Part shown: positions 24,487 to 37,960 of the stretch, piece after piece
How positions within the stretch are numbered: position 1 is the stretch's first letter
Layout: each line of letters opens with the position of its first letter
Assembly: GCA_034780895.1 (NCBI GenBank)
Contig: JAUZTB010000062.1
Span: 14,237,805 to 14,301,804, forward strand
DNA: 64,000 nucleotides
Source of the DNA: Rhynchobatus australiae
Lineage: Eukaryota
Direction of reading: 5' to 3'
Made by a program: the position numbers and the translations under genes
Notes under the pieces: model-generated
Seen by the model: the letters and a program-made list of their open reading frames with translations, nothing else
Databases searched by the model: none
What the model was told of the DNA's origin: nothing

Positions 24487-27400
24487 AAGGTGACTGCATC
24501 CCTCAACCACTAGGGATTTAAGGGGCAAACCATTGTTGTCTTATCAAATATTCTCCAAAATTAAAACCTTTAAACAGTTCCCCAAAGTGGTTAGATATAG
24601 TCTTCCTGCAATCACCAGGAGTTTGTATTTTTGTTTCCCAAAATCCACAGCACTTTCATCTTTCCAGCATGAAAGGATTTTATTTTTAGTTGTTAACTAT
24701 GATGATTCATTTAGGATCAGCTCCAATGAAGTGTCATTAAACCTTCAGGAACGTTGCCAACCACACAAGTTATTGATTAATAAATGAGACTGAAAACTAG
24801 AATCCAAGTATTCCTTGGGCCTAGTGGGAAAAGGTACAGTGCTAGAAGAAAAACAGCAAAATCTTTCAGTTTTGATCCTTGCCCATGCTGAATTAGCCTA
24901 TTTCTTTAGGACAGTAATTGAGATTCCACAACAAACTGCAGTGCCAACAGGGAGGGAATTAAGGCATAAACCAATGCTCTTAGGCTATCCAGTGGTCCCG
25001 ACTAGAATATGCACATCGTTAAACAAGGGTTTAACTCAATGCTCATCTTGCTATCATCAGTTAGCAAGCTGGCTCCCAACTCCTCAGCTCGTGAAAGAAC
25101 AATGGCCATTTAAGAGAGAAGTCACTAACACCCTGTGGACCAGATCATGCCAACATTTGTTATGCGTTCTGATCAGAACCCATCAAGTTTAACCATTGAA
25201 ATTAAAAATCAGTCACAGAATTCCACGTCCTGGATTAGGTTTACTCAGCCTCTGTATTCCCCCCACCAGACCCAACAACAAGACCCAGTATTGTTAGGAT
25301 TCTTTTCCCCAGTGTAAAATGGAGGAAGAAAAAAAAAATCACCTCTCAGATATAAGAATCAGTGGATTTCAACAGATATAGTGGANNNNNGATTGAGGAC
25401 AAGAGTGGAAAGCAAATACTTCTTTGAAAATATTTCATTTTAGTGTTTTTACTATCTGTGTTCTCCAAGTAAACAATTCTAAATCTTCTTAAAAATCTGT
25501 GAATGTCAGCTATTTAATGACCAATTTTTGTACAAGTGGCAATGCACGTCAAAGGTTGGGCCTCTCTACTGCACTGCCCAAACCCTAGTTCTTGTGTAGA
25601 TTAGGCCACCTGATCAGGAATTGTTCAAGCCAGAGAGAAAAGCTCTGTGCACCTAGTCTAGTTAAGTGTAGGTGACTGGGCCACAACAAGTGACTCTAGT
25701 TGAGGCACCAACTATTTGACTTAGTACATTTCATTCCGCTTAAATCATTCACATGTTCCAGCATGGTGCCCCCTCTCCCAAAGTGCTGTTGACTTACACT
25801 AGTATAAAATTATCATGGAAACAAATGTCAGCTTGAAGTTGGCTATAAATGCAAGCCTCCAAAAATTCTCACAGTGTGCAGAATGGCCCCACACAGTCAA
25901 AGGGCACAACACCTACCATTAACCACATTTATTCCAACGCATGTGCCTGTTGGAAATCAGTATCCCTTTGACTCAAGTGTTACCATCTGAAATCAAGAAT
26001 AAATCAGGTTTTCCTGGATGCTCCTAGTCTGTTGATACCAATATCAATTATGGCCCTCACGTCCCATCAATCCTCCCCTAAAAGCCATAGCAACCCGAGC
26101 TTTTCTTGCAGTCTCCTTGATGGCTCGACAGTTTACTTTTTAAATTTGCATGGACTGAACTATTTGCCCAAGACCTTTTTTTTAAATAAAGGACTTGCTG
26201 CCCCTTCAATTAATTAATACATTGAGAATTGTTTTAGCTTCAGAAACATAATTTTAAAGGCNNNNNNNNNNNNNNNNNNNNNNNNNNNNNNNNNNNNNNN
26301 NNNNNNNNNNNNNNNNNNNNNNNNNNNNNNNNNNNNNNNNNNNNNNNNNNNNNNNNNNNNNNNNNNNNNNNNNNNNNNNNNNNNNNNNNNNNNNNNNNNN
26401 NNNNNNNNNNNNNNNNNNNNNNNNNNNNNNNGTATTTAACATTCTGAACCTCTCATTTCATTGCACAGGATCGTGGTAGAATCTGCTTGTTGCGCAGACT
26501 CTCCATTCACTCCTACCTTTTCCAGATATGGCAGACCAAGCAAGCAGGTCTTCTTCATCCAACAGGCAACCAGGCCTGTCATGGCATACTGCTGCGGTCC
26601 CACACCCAGAGTTCCCTGCTATTCACCAACGCCAAGGCTTTTGATTAGTTTATACACATGTCTGACAAACTCAAACTATTCCAATGTACCTTTGTAATTA
26701 TTTAATTCTAATTTAAAACACAATGAAAAGTGAAGTAACTCAAAACTTGCACGCACTTACCTTTCTCGGCAGAGTTAGTGATACCATTCAGATATAGGAT
26801 AATAGGGATGTGGAGATTGCTGTTTGTACACCAACCATCCTTGGCATAAAGTCGAGGGCCTGGATGCTAAGTGCATCTCAACCTTTTATTGACCATCTCA
26901 CTGGTCCACACTGGACTATGTCGAATCCAGTGTCAGATGAGAATCATATGCAAACTCATCTGGCATCCAGTTAGTGTGGAACTTCTGCGATTGGCCAAGT
27001 TGCACAGGATTCCAAGATGAGCCGAGCAGTTATTCCCCTCACAACTGCTGGACATCAATAAATTCGATTCAGCCTGCTACCTCCCATCCCCTGGGACAGA
27101 TTTATCTGCAGAATTGCAGTTTTATTTACAATAAAACACTTCAGAATAACAAAAGGAGTAATAACTAGTCCTGTTATATGCACGATACATCAATATTGCA
27201 TAATGAACTCAGCTTGTGAAATTCTAGGTGACTTCAGAGTCAACAACACATATAGCCACATTAAGTGCCTCAACTAGAGGACAGATTTCTGAACACACAT
27301 CCATTTACATTGTTTGATCCTCTGCTAAGACTTGAAGATGGATAGGGTTTAATTTCCACCAATTCAGTTTAAAGAGATTATGGCCCAGGTTCTGTGGTTA

Positions 27401-28319
27401 GCACTTGCTGCTGACCTCCTATTCAGCTGCTCCATGTCACAGAGATCTCTATGGCATGGAATCCTTGCAACCATCAGCTCCAAGGATTCTCTGGGACCCA
27501 GCAATGGTGTTATCATCAAGCAGGCTGATATGCCATTTTCATTGGATAATTCTCACAATTTTCAAAAGTCGCATCTATTCACATACAAGTATATAAGATT
27601 ATGANNNNNNNNNNNNNNNNNNNNNNNNNNNNNNNNNNNNNNNNNNNNNNNNNNNNNNNNNNNNNNNNNNNNNNNNNNNNNNNNNNNNNNNNNNNNNNNN
27701 NNNNAACAAACAATAGTAAAAAGTTAGATGCTTAAATATTATAATACAATTGTATACAAGAATAGAATTTTGATATATTCTATCTTCGGAGAGTGACTAC
27801 CTAGATATTAAAATGGTTTTATTTTAATACTAGAAGGTTTTGCTTTGCTGATTGCTTTGAATGCCTTTTAAAACCTCATGCGATGTAGCATAGTTTTCTT
27901 GCATCATGAATAATTTAAGTATCCAAAATCCTCGTTAGTCGACTCATTTCTGGAGGTTATTGTGGAGCACATCCTGCAAACAACAAGGATTCACTCACAG
28001 CAACTTTGGGAATTCATTATTAATAGCACGACCACACTCCACAAGACATTGCACAAGTATGGATATTCCTCAATTTACGAGGCAGTTTCCATCCAGGAAA
28101 ACATTATGGTAAGCAAAAATTAGTGAACTGAAAGCATGTTTTCCATTAGTTTCAATGTAAAGATTCTGGTTGCTTTCCAAAACTCAAGAATTTAAGTCCA
28201 AATAAAGTGCCTGTAAACTTTAAAAAAATGTTTCAGTGCAAGTGTCTAAAATGAAGAATCACTTTACTAACAAATTAAATCCTAAAATTATATCCTAAAC
28301 ATAATGTACCCTTTCACCA

Positions 28320-28630
28320 AGGGAAACATACAAGATCCTGAGGGTCTTGACATTGTAGGCACTTCTCTTGCAGGAGAATCTGAAACTTCATTGCCTGAAG
28401 GGCATGCCCATTTGAGACAGAGGTCAAGTGATTATTTCTCTCACAGAAGGTCACAAGTCTTTGAAACCAACCTTTAAAGCCAGCGGAAGCATGATTTTTT
28501 TTCAGACAGATTCTTGATAAGCACGGAGCGAAAAGGTGGGTAGAAATACAGAGGTGAAGTAGTAGTCAGATCAGCCATGATCTTACTGAATGGCAGAGAA
28601 GGCTGGAAGGACCCAATAGTCTGCTACTTC
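28320..28630 (+). mobile_element. CR1 3' end
   Basis: gaaacatacaagatcctgagg...gatcagccatgatcttactgaatggcag tail. Confidence 0.7.
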
Positions 28631-28699
28631 TAATTTGTGGCAGCTTTCCTCCTCATGAGAGACAGGGTTGTCGCTGGTTTTCAGGCTGCGGTACTGGTT

Positions 28700-29066
28700 C
28701 ATCCAAGCTTGATGCAGCTTAGATAGTCCAAGGCAAGGATTGTTCTTGGGTGGCTGAGGCTTAAGTAATGATGGGTATCTGGTCAGCTTTTCTCTGCTCC
28801 ATCTGATAAAGCCTCCTAAATAAAGTCCAGCATTTTCCACTGCAGCCATATCTAATGCTGCACTCCATACTGGGATCATGATCTTCAAAGATGGCGATCA
28901 CATACTTGATGCGGCAGAACACCTCTGACAGCCTCTTCATGGTGAACCGTGATGGTTCTCTGTCAATGGCTTCCTGCTCTTCCTGTGATCGTTGATACTA
29001 AATTTTGAACATATCCTGATTTGTAAGCTCTTTGCTATGGGATTCCAACAGATCATCCATGTCTTC
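28700..29066 (-). mobile_element. Tigger/pogo transposase C-terminal fossil
   Basis: EDMDDLLESHSKELTNQDM*...EPSRFTMKRLSEVF...AIFEDHDPSMECS / AAVENA resembles the Tigger/TIGD1-type C-terminus. Confidence 0.75.
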
Positions 29067-29069
29067 CTG

Positions 29070-29810
29070 GCCCTATATAATTGGAGTAAGATGACTCTAC
29101 ATTTGTTCTCAGATCCTCTTGCAATAAAGACCAACGTAATGATTTGCCTCTCTAATTGCTGGCGTTACTAGCACATTAACTTCCTGTGATTCTTGCACAA
29201 GAACACCAAGGACTCTCTGACAACAACATAGTTCAATCTCTCATTTAAAAAAAAGAGAACTATGCCTTTCTATTACTTCTACCAACGTGGATCACCTCAC
29301 ATTTTCCCTACGTTATACCCTTGCCAATTCAAGTTGCCTTGTTAAGACTCCCTGAAACCTCACTGTACCTTCCTCACAGCCTACATTGACAGTCATATCT
29401 GGATTTGTTACACTTGACCCCCTCATCCAAATCACTGAAACTGATTGTGAACAGCCGGGGCATCGCTCTCTGCTGCACCCCATTCTTCACAGCCTCCTAA
29501 AACTGACCCATTTATTTGGCAAAACCAAATCCACCCCAGCATATTGCTGCCCAGACCATCCACTCTAATCTTGTTTAGCAACCTCGTGGAAGGCCTTCTG
29601 AAGGTCAGTACACCACATCCATCGTTTCACTCTGTCGGTTACAATCTCAAAACATTTTGTTTTAAAAACAGATTTGTCAAACTTTATTCTTTCATAAATC
29701 ACATGGATTCCGCCCAATTCCATTGTTACTTTCTTAGTTTACAGTTACAACTTCTTAAGTAACAGAGTCTAGCATTTTGTCTACTGTTAGCTCATTGGTG
29801 TATGGTTCCA
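29070..29810 (-). mobile_element. Degraded CR1 RT region
   Basis: cctcttgcaataaagaccaac...ggatcacctcacattttcc pattern. Confidence 0.6.
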
Positions 29811-30599
29811 TTTTCTCCCCCGCCTCCAACCCCCAGAACAAAGTGTTGATAACCTCACTACTAATCCTCTCCACAATTTTTCTTGTTGAACACTTTCAAC
29901 AATAATAGAAATCTAAGCTGTCTTATTCTGCGTTACCCTTATGTTATATTTGCATAACATGATGTAGGCTCATTTCCACAGCAGTTTTTTTTCCCCAAAA
30001 CAAGAACTATGTTAAACTTGCATAAAATCTTAGACCATGCTTTAACTAGTGACACCTGGTCTCCATTTAAATAGACACCTATAGAAGTGGTGAAATAAAA
30101 TGCCAAACGAGACCAGGTTATACTCATCAGAAAAGTTTGATCAGAAAAGTGACTGGATTGAGAAATCAGATGTGAAAGGGGTTTGCTAAATGTGAAACGG
30201 ATGCTTCTGCTTGTAGGAGAGACTGGAACAATGGGCCACAATTCCAAATAGTCAACGATATATCCAGTAAGCAATTCAGGANNNNNNNNNNNNNNNNNNN
30301 NNNNNNNNNNNNNNNNNNNNNNNNNNNNNNNNNNNNNNNNNNNNNNNNNNNNNNNNNNNNNNNNNNNNNNNNNNNNNNNNNGAGTGTGGCAAGAGTGCAA
30401 AACACACCAGCACATGGTGAAGGCAATAACACAGGTGGCTTTAAGACGTGCTAGAAAAGCACATCTTTGGAAGAAAGAAATGGGAAGCATATCAATGGGC
30501 TAAAAATAGAATGATGACAGGAGATACATATGGAATTCACACCATAATGAATCCAAGTCTGGACACAGTCTGTTTCCGTGCGAGGGAGACACCATCACA

Positions 30600-31970
30600 A
30601 AATAGAACATAAAATAATAAAGCACAGGAACAGGCCCTTTGGCTCACCGTATCTGTGCTAAATATGATGCCAATCCAAACTAATCACATTTACCTGCACT
30701 TGGTCTATACCCCTCCATTCCTTGCATGTTTATGTGCCTGTCTAAATACATCTTAAACATTGCTATTGCATCTGCTTCCACCACTTCCCATAGCAGTGTA
30801 TTCCAGGCACCTACCATTCTTTATTTTAAAAAAACTTAACCTCAAATCTCCTTTAAATTTTCTCCCCTCACCTTAAAGCTATGCCCTCAAGCATTTGACA
30901 TTTCCACGCTATGAGAAAGGCTGACTATCTACCCTGTCTGTACCTCCCCATAATTTTATATACTTGTATCAGATTGCCCCTCAGCTTCTGACACTCCAGA
31001 GAAAGCAATCCAAGTTTATTCAACCATTCCTTATAGCTAATACTCTAATCCAGGCAATATCCTGGAGAACCTTTAGTTTGCACCCCCTCCAAAGCTTCCA
31101 CATCCTGTAACACAGCAACCAAAACTACACACAATACTCCAAATGTGGCCTAACCAACGTTTTGTGCAACTGCAACATGACTTCACCTTTCATACTCAAT
31201 ATCCTCACTGATGAGGGCAAGTATGCCGTATGACTTCTTTATCAACCTATCCACATCTTTTGCCAATTTCAGGGAGCTATGAACCTGTGCAAACATGTAC
31301 TTCTGCATTTGTCAATAAACTCAACTTTGAACTTGCACCCCAAAATCCCTCTGTACATTAATGCTCCCAAGGGTCCTGCCATTTACTCGATATTACACTT
31401 ACATTTGAACTTTCAAAGAGCAACATCTCATGCTTGTCCATATTAAACTCCATCTGCCATTTCTCTGCCCAATTGGTCCATATACTGCTAAATCTTTTGA
31501 TAACCTTCCTCTCTACCCACAACTCTGCCAATTTTTGTGTTATCTGCAAACTTACTATTAGCCCACCTACATGTTAATCAAAATCATTTATATATAGCAC
31601 AAACAGGGGTCCCAGCACTGATCATTGAGGAACACCACTGGTCATAGACCTCCAGACAGAATAACACTGCTCTACCACTACTCAGTCTTCTATGGCCAAG
31701 CCAATTTTGAATCCAATCTACAAAGTCTCCATGGATTCCATATGCCTCAATTTTCTGGATCACCTTACCACGAGGGATCTTGTCAAAAGTTTTACTAAAG
31801 TTCATGGATACAACATCCACAACCCTGTCCTCAATCATCTTCATCACCTCCTCAAAAAACTCGATCAAGTTTGTAAGACAATGACTTCCCCGACACAAAG
31901 CCACACTATCCCTGATTCGATTATATCATATCGCAAAGAATCTTTTCCAATAAATTTCCCTACCACTGAT
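30600..31970 (-). mobile_element. 5'-truncated CR1 LINE (RT to 3' tail)
   Basis: CLTNLIEFFEEV...VDVVSMNFSKTFDKIP...WIQNWL and WAEKWQMEFN; 3' tail at ~30600. Confidence 0.9.
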
Positions 31971-32849
31971 GGAAGTACACATTTCCAATCCCAATGCAGT
32001 ATTTGCCAATTTTAAATAGCCATGTGTATTATAAAGCAAGGAGTTCAATTTTCCCATTATGTGTTCATGCCGTATTTACTCTAGTGTGATAAGTAATAAG
32101 CATCCCTTGGTACATTTGGAAATTTTCTTTTATTCTATTTATTCTCACCTCAGCTTAATCCTTGGCCAAGGACACAGGTGCTCACAGGTATCTGCCAAAG
32201 TTTGTTTAGAACAGCAAGTGTGCAAGGGCTGAGGGAAGAAATTCTCACTTCCTCGAGAACTTGGTGCACAGCTCACAATAGAAATGCACTGGGAGGGCCA
32301 CAGGAAATTAACGTGAAGAAACTGCATTTAAAAATAGCTGGCAGTAACACAGCCTCATTGTAACAGAATGAGGAGGGGAGATATTTTACAATGGAGCACA
32401 TACATGAATTTGAGATGAATAACACCCACATTGCTTCTGAACTATATAGGTTGCTCATTTTTGAATCCTACAGAGACACATCAACATTCCATTAACGCTA
32501 CATCAATAATATCTCAGAAAAAGTACAACTTCATAGGTCTCCATCTAGGGGTTGTAAAATTGAGAATTTTGACAGCTTTGGCACCCTCCAAAAGCCTGTC
32601 CTTACCTAGATTTGTTATGCAAGGCACATCACGTCATCTATTTAAAAAGCTCTCAGGGTGTTAAAGCATTAAGCCAGCTGACACATTGTTCTCCCGTGTC
32701 AGATTTATCAGTCATCAGGTTCTTTCCAACTAAATAATCCTAATCATGTATTTTAAACCTAAAGTTAGAAGAAATTCCCTTTATTTCAGCATCCTGCCAA
32801 TTTGTACCCTAGTTTTTTGTTTATAAATTGGAAAGAGACTCAAGTCTCT

Positions 32850-33200
32850 TGAGTTGTACAGCTTAGAAAAAGGCCCTTCCGCCCACTGGGTCTATGCTGA
32901 CCATCATCCTTACGACACTGACCTCACTTGCCCGAATCAGTTCCATATCCCTCTCTACCTTGCTCATTCAAGTACCTGTCCAGATGCCTTTTAAGTGTTG
33001 TTCCTGCCTCCACCACCTCCTCTGGCAGCTCATCCCAGAAACCAACTACTTTGTCAAAAGTTTATCCCTCGGATCCCCTTTAAACCTCCTCCCTCTACCT
33101 TGAACCTATGCCATCTGGAGTTAGGCACCTCTGCTACAGGATACACACTCTGGCTCTCTAACCTGTTATATTTCCCCATCATTTCACCTCTCAGCCTCTT
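32850..33200 (-). mobile_element. CR1 3' fragment
   Basis: YPVAEVPNSRWHRFKVEGG plus tail. Confidence 0.65.
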
Positions 33201-35799
33201 TAACATGTTTAATTTTGAACCTGATACGACCTTTACAAAAGAGCCGCACAATGAATGGAATGGTCTCATTTAAGGCCATCGCTGCCATTCAAGCAAGAAT
33301 CCCTTTGTGTAGAGATTGATATTTGATTCAAGATTGGTCTGGCTTTGTTTTTCAAGTAGCAAGGAGAATAATTGTTACCTAACTCAACAAAATACTGTTT
33401 GCCATTGTTTTCAGTGATGAATGTTGCTGTGCATTTAAGAAGCTGCAATAAATATTGTCAAGCAAACAGGTAGCTTAGTGCTGGCTCAGGGAAGAACTAC
33501 TATAAAAAACTCCCAAGGCCAGTTTAAGTTCAGGGCAGTGAGCTTGTATCTGTGGTCGAAAGCTGGTCGGTGGTTACCCAGATTATTTAACTGTGTGCAC
33601 TACCACATTACAGCATCAAATCACTTAAACCAAGATATCCTTCAAAAGGAAGCGTTCAGAATAATAGTTATCACCTGACACTCCATTTGCAGGAATCAAA
33701 ATTATTCCCTCATTATTCAGGGCAAAAGAAGATTAAGTTTTAATGTCACTTTTTCTCTTATTGAAGCACATTAGATCTTCCGTTTCTGGGAGATAGTCCA
33801 GCACCACTGTCACGAATGCAAGTAATTAACACTAGACATCCATAAAAGTTAAATGGCTCAATCTACAGCGAAGCAACAAAAAGATTTAGCCCCAACACAA
33901 ATTTAGCATTGCCCTTGCAATTAAATTCTTTCTTCTTCCCATCTACAACACAAAATGGAGTCTGTGCCATAAGGACCAACTGGTTTTTTGCTGATTTAAT
34001 ACAAGGTCATACATTCTGACTAGACTGTAGGACTACAGGTAATTGTGAAAGCAATACTTTTCCCCAAAATGATCTCCTGTGCTGTATCTCCACATCTGAC
34101 AGCAGTTCAGTTCTATCTAGGCCAAGGAGAATGTAACTAGGACAAATGCTTCTTTTTGATTCATACAAATGCATGGAGTTGGGGAACTCAGCAAGGTTCT
34201 TTCTTGCTACTCCCTATCACAACCACATCCTCCACATTAGAGTTATGCACAGTTAAATACAAGAAGTATGTCAAAATACAGGGAGAAATGAGGAAATGGC
34301 ACACATGCCCACTTATAAACAACTCCCCAAATCAAAAATGCACCCACAGCTTCCAAAAGGGTTATCACAATTTCCACAAAAAAATACTGCCAAATGGAAA
34401 CTTTGCCCTGCTCAAACTGTTTCCAGTTCCTGCTACACAAATAATATTTTAATAAATTGCATTAAAATGTCAAATTCTTAATAGAAAAATCTTGCTCTTT
34501 CAAAAGCTGTTTTATTCTGGTTTATGAACATGTGGCTGGTTGCTCAGTGGGGGGAAAAGTTTGAAAATAAAAAAGGAAGCAGCAATGATTTCTTTATTTA
34601 ACAGAATTAAGCACCTCAGGAAGAGTAAAACTGGGTCTGCCAAATACACAGGTGGATAATCTGATGAACTGCCATTTTCTCGTGCAGAGGACAACTGGTG
34701 CCAAGTTCTATACATCCCTGAGAACTTCCAATAGTTGCTTCACATTGGTCAAACTCAACTTAAAAATTCTTAAATTTGAAACAAAACTGAACAAAGAAAA
34801 GTTTAGACAAACAATTGTTTAACTTTTTTCCTCAAGAGTTGAGGTAGATCTACCATCTCCTTTTTCTTAACATCTGTTTTCTTCAACCATACAGATTGGG
34901 TGTTTTAGCCTGAGTGATATACTTTGCTCTCAGGTCACACAGTGTGACCCTTGCAGTTGTCTGTCAGAGACCACCCAGACAATCTTCAAACATACCCGAG
35001 CCTGTGCTATGGCACAAAGGGTTAATGCTGTTCTCTCTGAATAGAGAACATCATTTGGAAAAGACTTGCATGTACAGACAAATAGCACAAGGATTTGTTT
35101 TAATCTCAAAAAGGTTTAAACTTATTTTATTTTTACTTATGGCTTATGCATCTGCAATGCAGACCATGAAATACAAAAGAAATGGTTAAAGTTGTTAAAT
35201 CTCAGGATGCTTAGGTGCTTAATGTGTAGAATTTAGCCGACTGTGCAGATTAGCAGCTGCTGAAAGTGCAGGGTGTGCTGTTTGTGCACGTTGACTATTT
35301 TATCACCACATTATGAAACAGAATAATTAAGACTGTGTTGAGGTAAGGGGACAGAATAATGGATTTACAATGATTATTTACGTGGTTAACGTTACCACTT
35401 CTTTCCATAGTTAATTCAAACACCTCTAGGGAAAAAAACTCTCCAACTAGGAGCTGTACTTACAGAATCCTTATTGTCTAACCTTGGGCCCTTCATTCAC
35501 CATGTTATTTCTGNNNNNNNNNNNNNNNNNNNNNNNNNNNNNNNNNNNNNNNNNNNNNNNNNNNNNNNNNNNNNNNNNNNNNNNNNNNNNNNNNNNNNNN
35601 NNNNNNNNNNNNNNNNNNNNNNNNNNNNNNNNNNNNNNNNNNNNNNNNNNNNNNNNNNNNNNNNNNNNNNNNNNNNNNNNNNNNNNNNNNNNNNNNNNNN
35701 NNNNNNNNNNNNNNNNNNNNNNNNNNNNNNNNNNNNNNNNNNNNNNNNNNNNNNNNNNNNNNNNNNNNNNNNNNNNNNNNNNNNNNNNNNNNNNNCTCT

Positions 35800-37375
35800 T
35801 GTCTGCCAAGACCACTGTTATAGGATCATCCTGGAATGAAAAACTAATCCCTGGCTTCTTTCCTCTACTGCAAACCATTGCCTTAAGTCCCCATTCACTG
35901 CCTCTTCTTCCCTCACCAATTACAAGGAGCTAATGGATTTCTTTGCCATTAATCCACTTGTTTCCATGTCTATCATTGCACTCCCTTCCCTCATCATGCT
36001 CTGACAAACTTGAAAATTCTCCACTGCGCTCACCCTCAAGTCACATTTTTCCCCCTTCACATCAACTTGTCCATGTGACACACCTCTTACTCTGACAACA
36101 ATCCCAGTGAACAAAAGACCACCAAACATCCCGTTCTGGCAGAGTTGGCCAATATTAATATTCTTGTCCCTGTCATACTTTCTTCCTTTTCAAGTTTGCA
36201 GTTATTACCCTACAGACACCAACCTTCGCTCTTGAAACCACAGTCCTTCTCTTTCCCCTCCAAGGTCCTACAATATGCTGTTGACTCCCAGATCTGCCTG
36301 TCACTACTAGGACCTCCTCTGAAATTCTTGAAATCAGGTTTCATCTCCTCCCAGTGTACACATTAGTTCTTGTTAAAGCCACAAGCAGCATCCTGCCCGA
36401 CTGTGACAAATTATCCTTCCTCATCCTGCCAGACTTGATCATCCTCCTCCAATATCATCCAGCTGGGTGATTCCGCTGTTCATTTATTCCATTCTTAACC
36501 ACTGTGGCCAGAGAATCACCTGCATTGGCTTCCCTTCCTGCACTCGCACACTTACCTCTGGTAGCTGCTGAGGATGTGTCTTTGGACCACTCCTATTGTT
36601 CAGATACATGCTGCTCCTCAGTGAGATCCAAAAAATACAATGCCAGCCACCTAAAGGTCAGATACCTATTACTGCATCAGCCAAGATTTCCTTCAACTGA
36701 GGGTTTTGAAATGGCCGAAGAAGTTTTCTCTGGAACCCAACGTAAAAGGTGTTTCTTAACCATTCGCTTCATCCCCAACCCTGGCAAACGTTTGAGATAG
36801 AACCAGCCTCTCTGCAACAATGCAGATCTCAAGACAAGCTCCTGCCCACATATCAGTACCAGCACAAAGACTGTCTACTTTCATCCTGAACATCTCTGCC
36901 AAGCTGCTGGTGAAACCCTCAACCATTCCACCATGGAGTCAGAAATCACACAGCATGGAAAAAGACCCTTTGACCCAAGTCCACATAATCGTGGCTGATC
37001 TTCTTCCATAAACATGAGCACAACTCTGCTTCCTGTATTCCATACCAAAATTTCCTTCACCCACCACTCCTTTCATGATCTACAATGCCTTACTTTTAAA
37101 ATCTCTCTATACCTCATTATTATTTTTCCAACCCCCAGGTAACTACATTCCTTCAATTCTGATATTTTGCACGTGCCCTGTTTTGAACTGCTTCAATGTA
37201 CACCGTGCCTTCAACTATCAAGGTCCCAAGCTCAAGACTTCCCTTCCAAACACACTTTGCCCCTCTACATCACTTTCTCCCATTAACACTTTAAAAAGCT
37301 CTTTAATATTAGTTTTGCCCTCAAATCCTTTTTTGGACCTTCGTGACTGAAGCTCCTGTTAAGTACCTTGGGGAT
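35800..37375 (+). mobile_element. Old L2 LINE fragments
   Basis: Decayed L2 ORF2 and 3' tail (gccttcaactatcaaggtcccaagctc...ctcctgttaagtaccttgggatg). Confidence 0.55.
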
Positions 37376-37639
37376 GGTAGGGGATGTTGACATCTAGCCC
37401 ATCTGGACATTTTTTAGGGATTGCTTAACTTCTTGGAACATTCTTCACAGTAATAGATCAGGCACAAGGAATTATCCAGGTCAGTGTGCAAGGTTTTAAG
37501 CTTTCCCAAAGTAATTTTTGGAGAAGGGACCAAAAGCTATAAACAAAGACTCCATCTCAACCCAGAGGAGAAAACTTGACAGTATTAACTTGCAGCAATA
37601 CATATTTGACTGTTGCATTTTAACTCTTTTACACATCAG

Positions 37640-37960
37640 GTGGCACAGCTAGTCACAGATCCAACAACCCAGGTTCATTTCTGATCTCTGGTGCCAAACG
37701 TGTGAAGTTTGCACTTCCTCCTATAACTGTGTGGGTTTGGTCTGGATGCTCTACTTTCCCACCACATTCCAAAGACAGAGTTAGAAGGCTAATGGACCAC
37801 TGTAAATATAGTCTCTAGTATTTAGGTGAATGGTAGAATCCAAAAGGAATTGATGGGAATGCAGCAAGAATAGAATGGGATTAGTGTAATTGGACATTTG
37901 ATAGTGTGTATGGGCTTGATGGGCTGAAGGGCCTGTTTCTATGCTCTATAACTGTGATCA
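37640..37960 (+). mobile_element. HE1/V-SINE-like SINE
   Basis: tRNA-like head, V-domain (gtgtgaagtttgcac...gtgtgggtt...ccacattccaaagac) and CR1-type tail (gggctgaagggcctgtttct). Confidence 0.75.
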
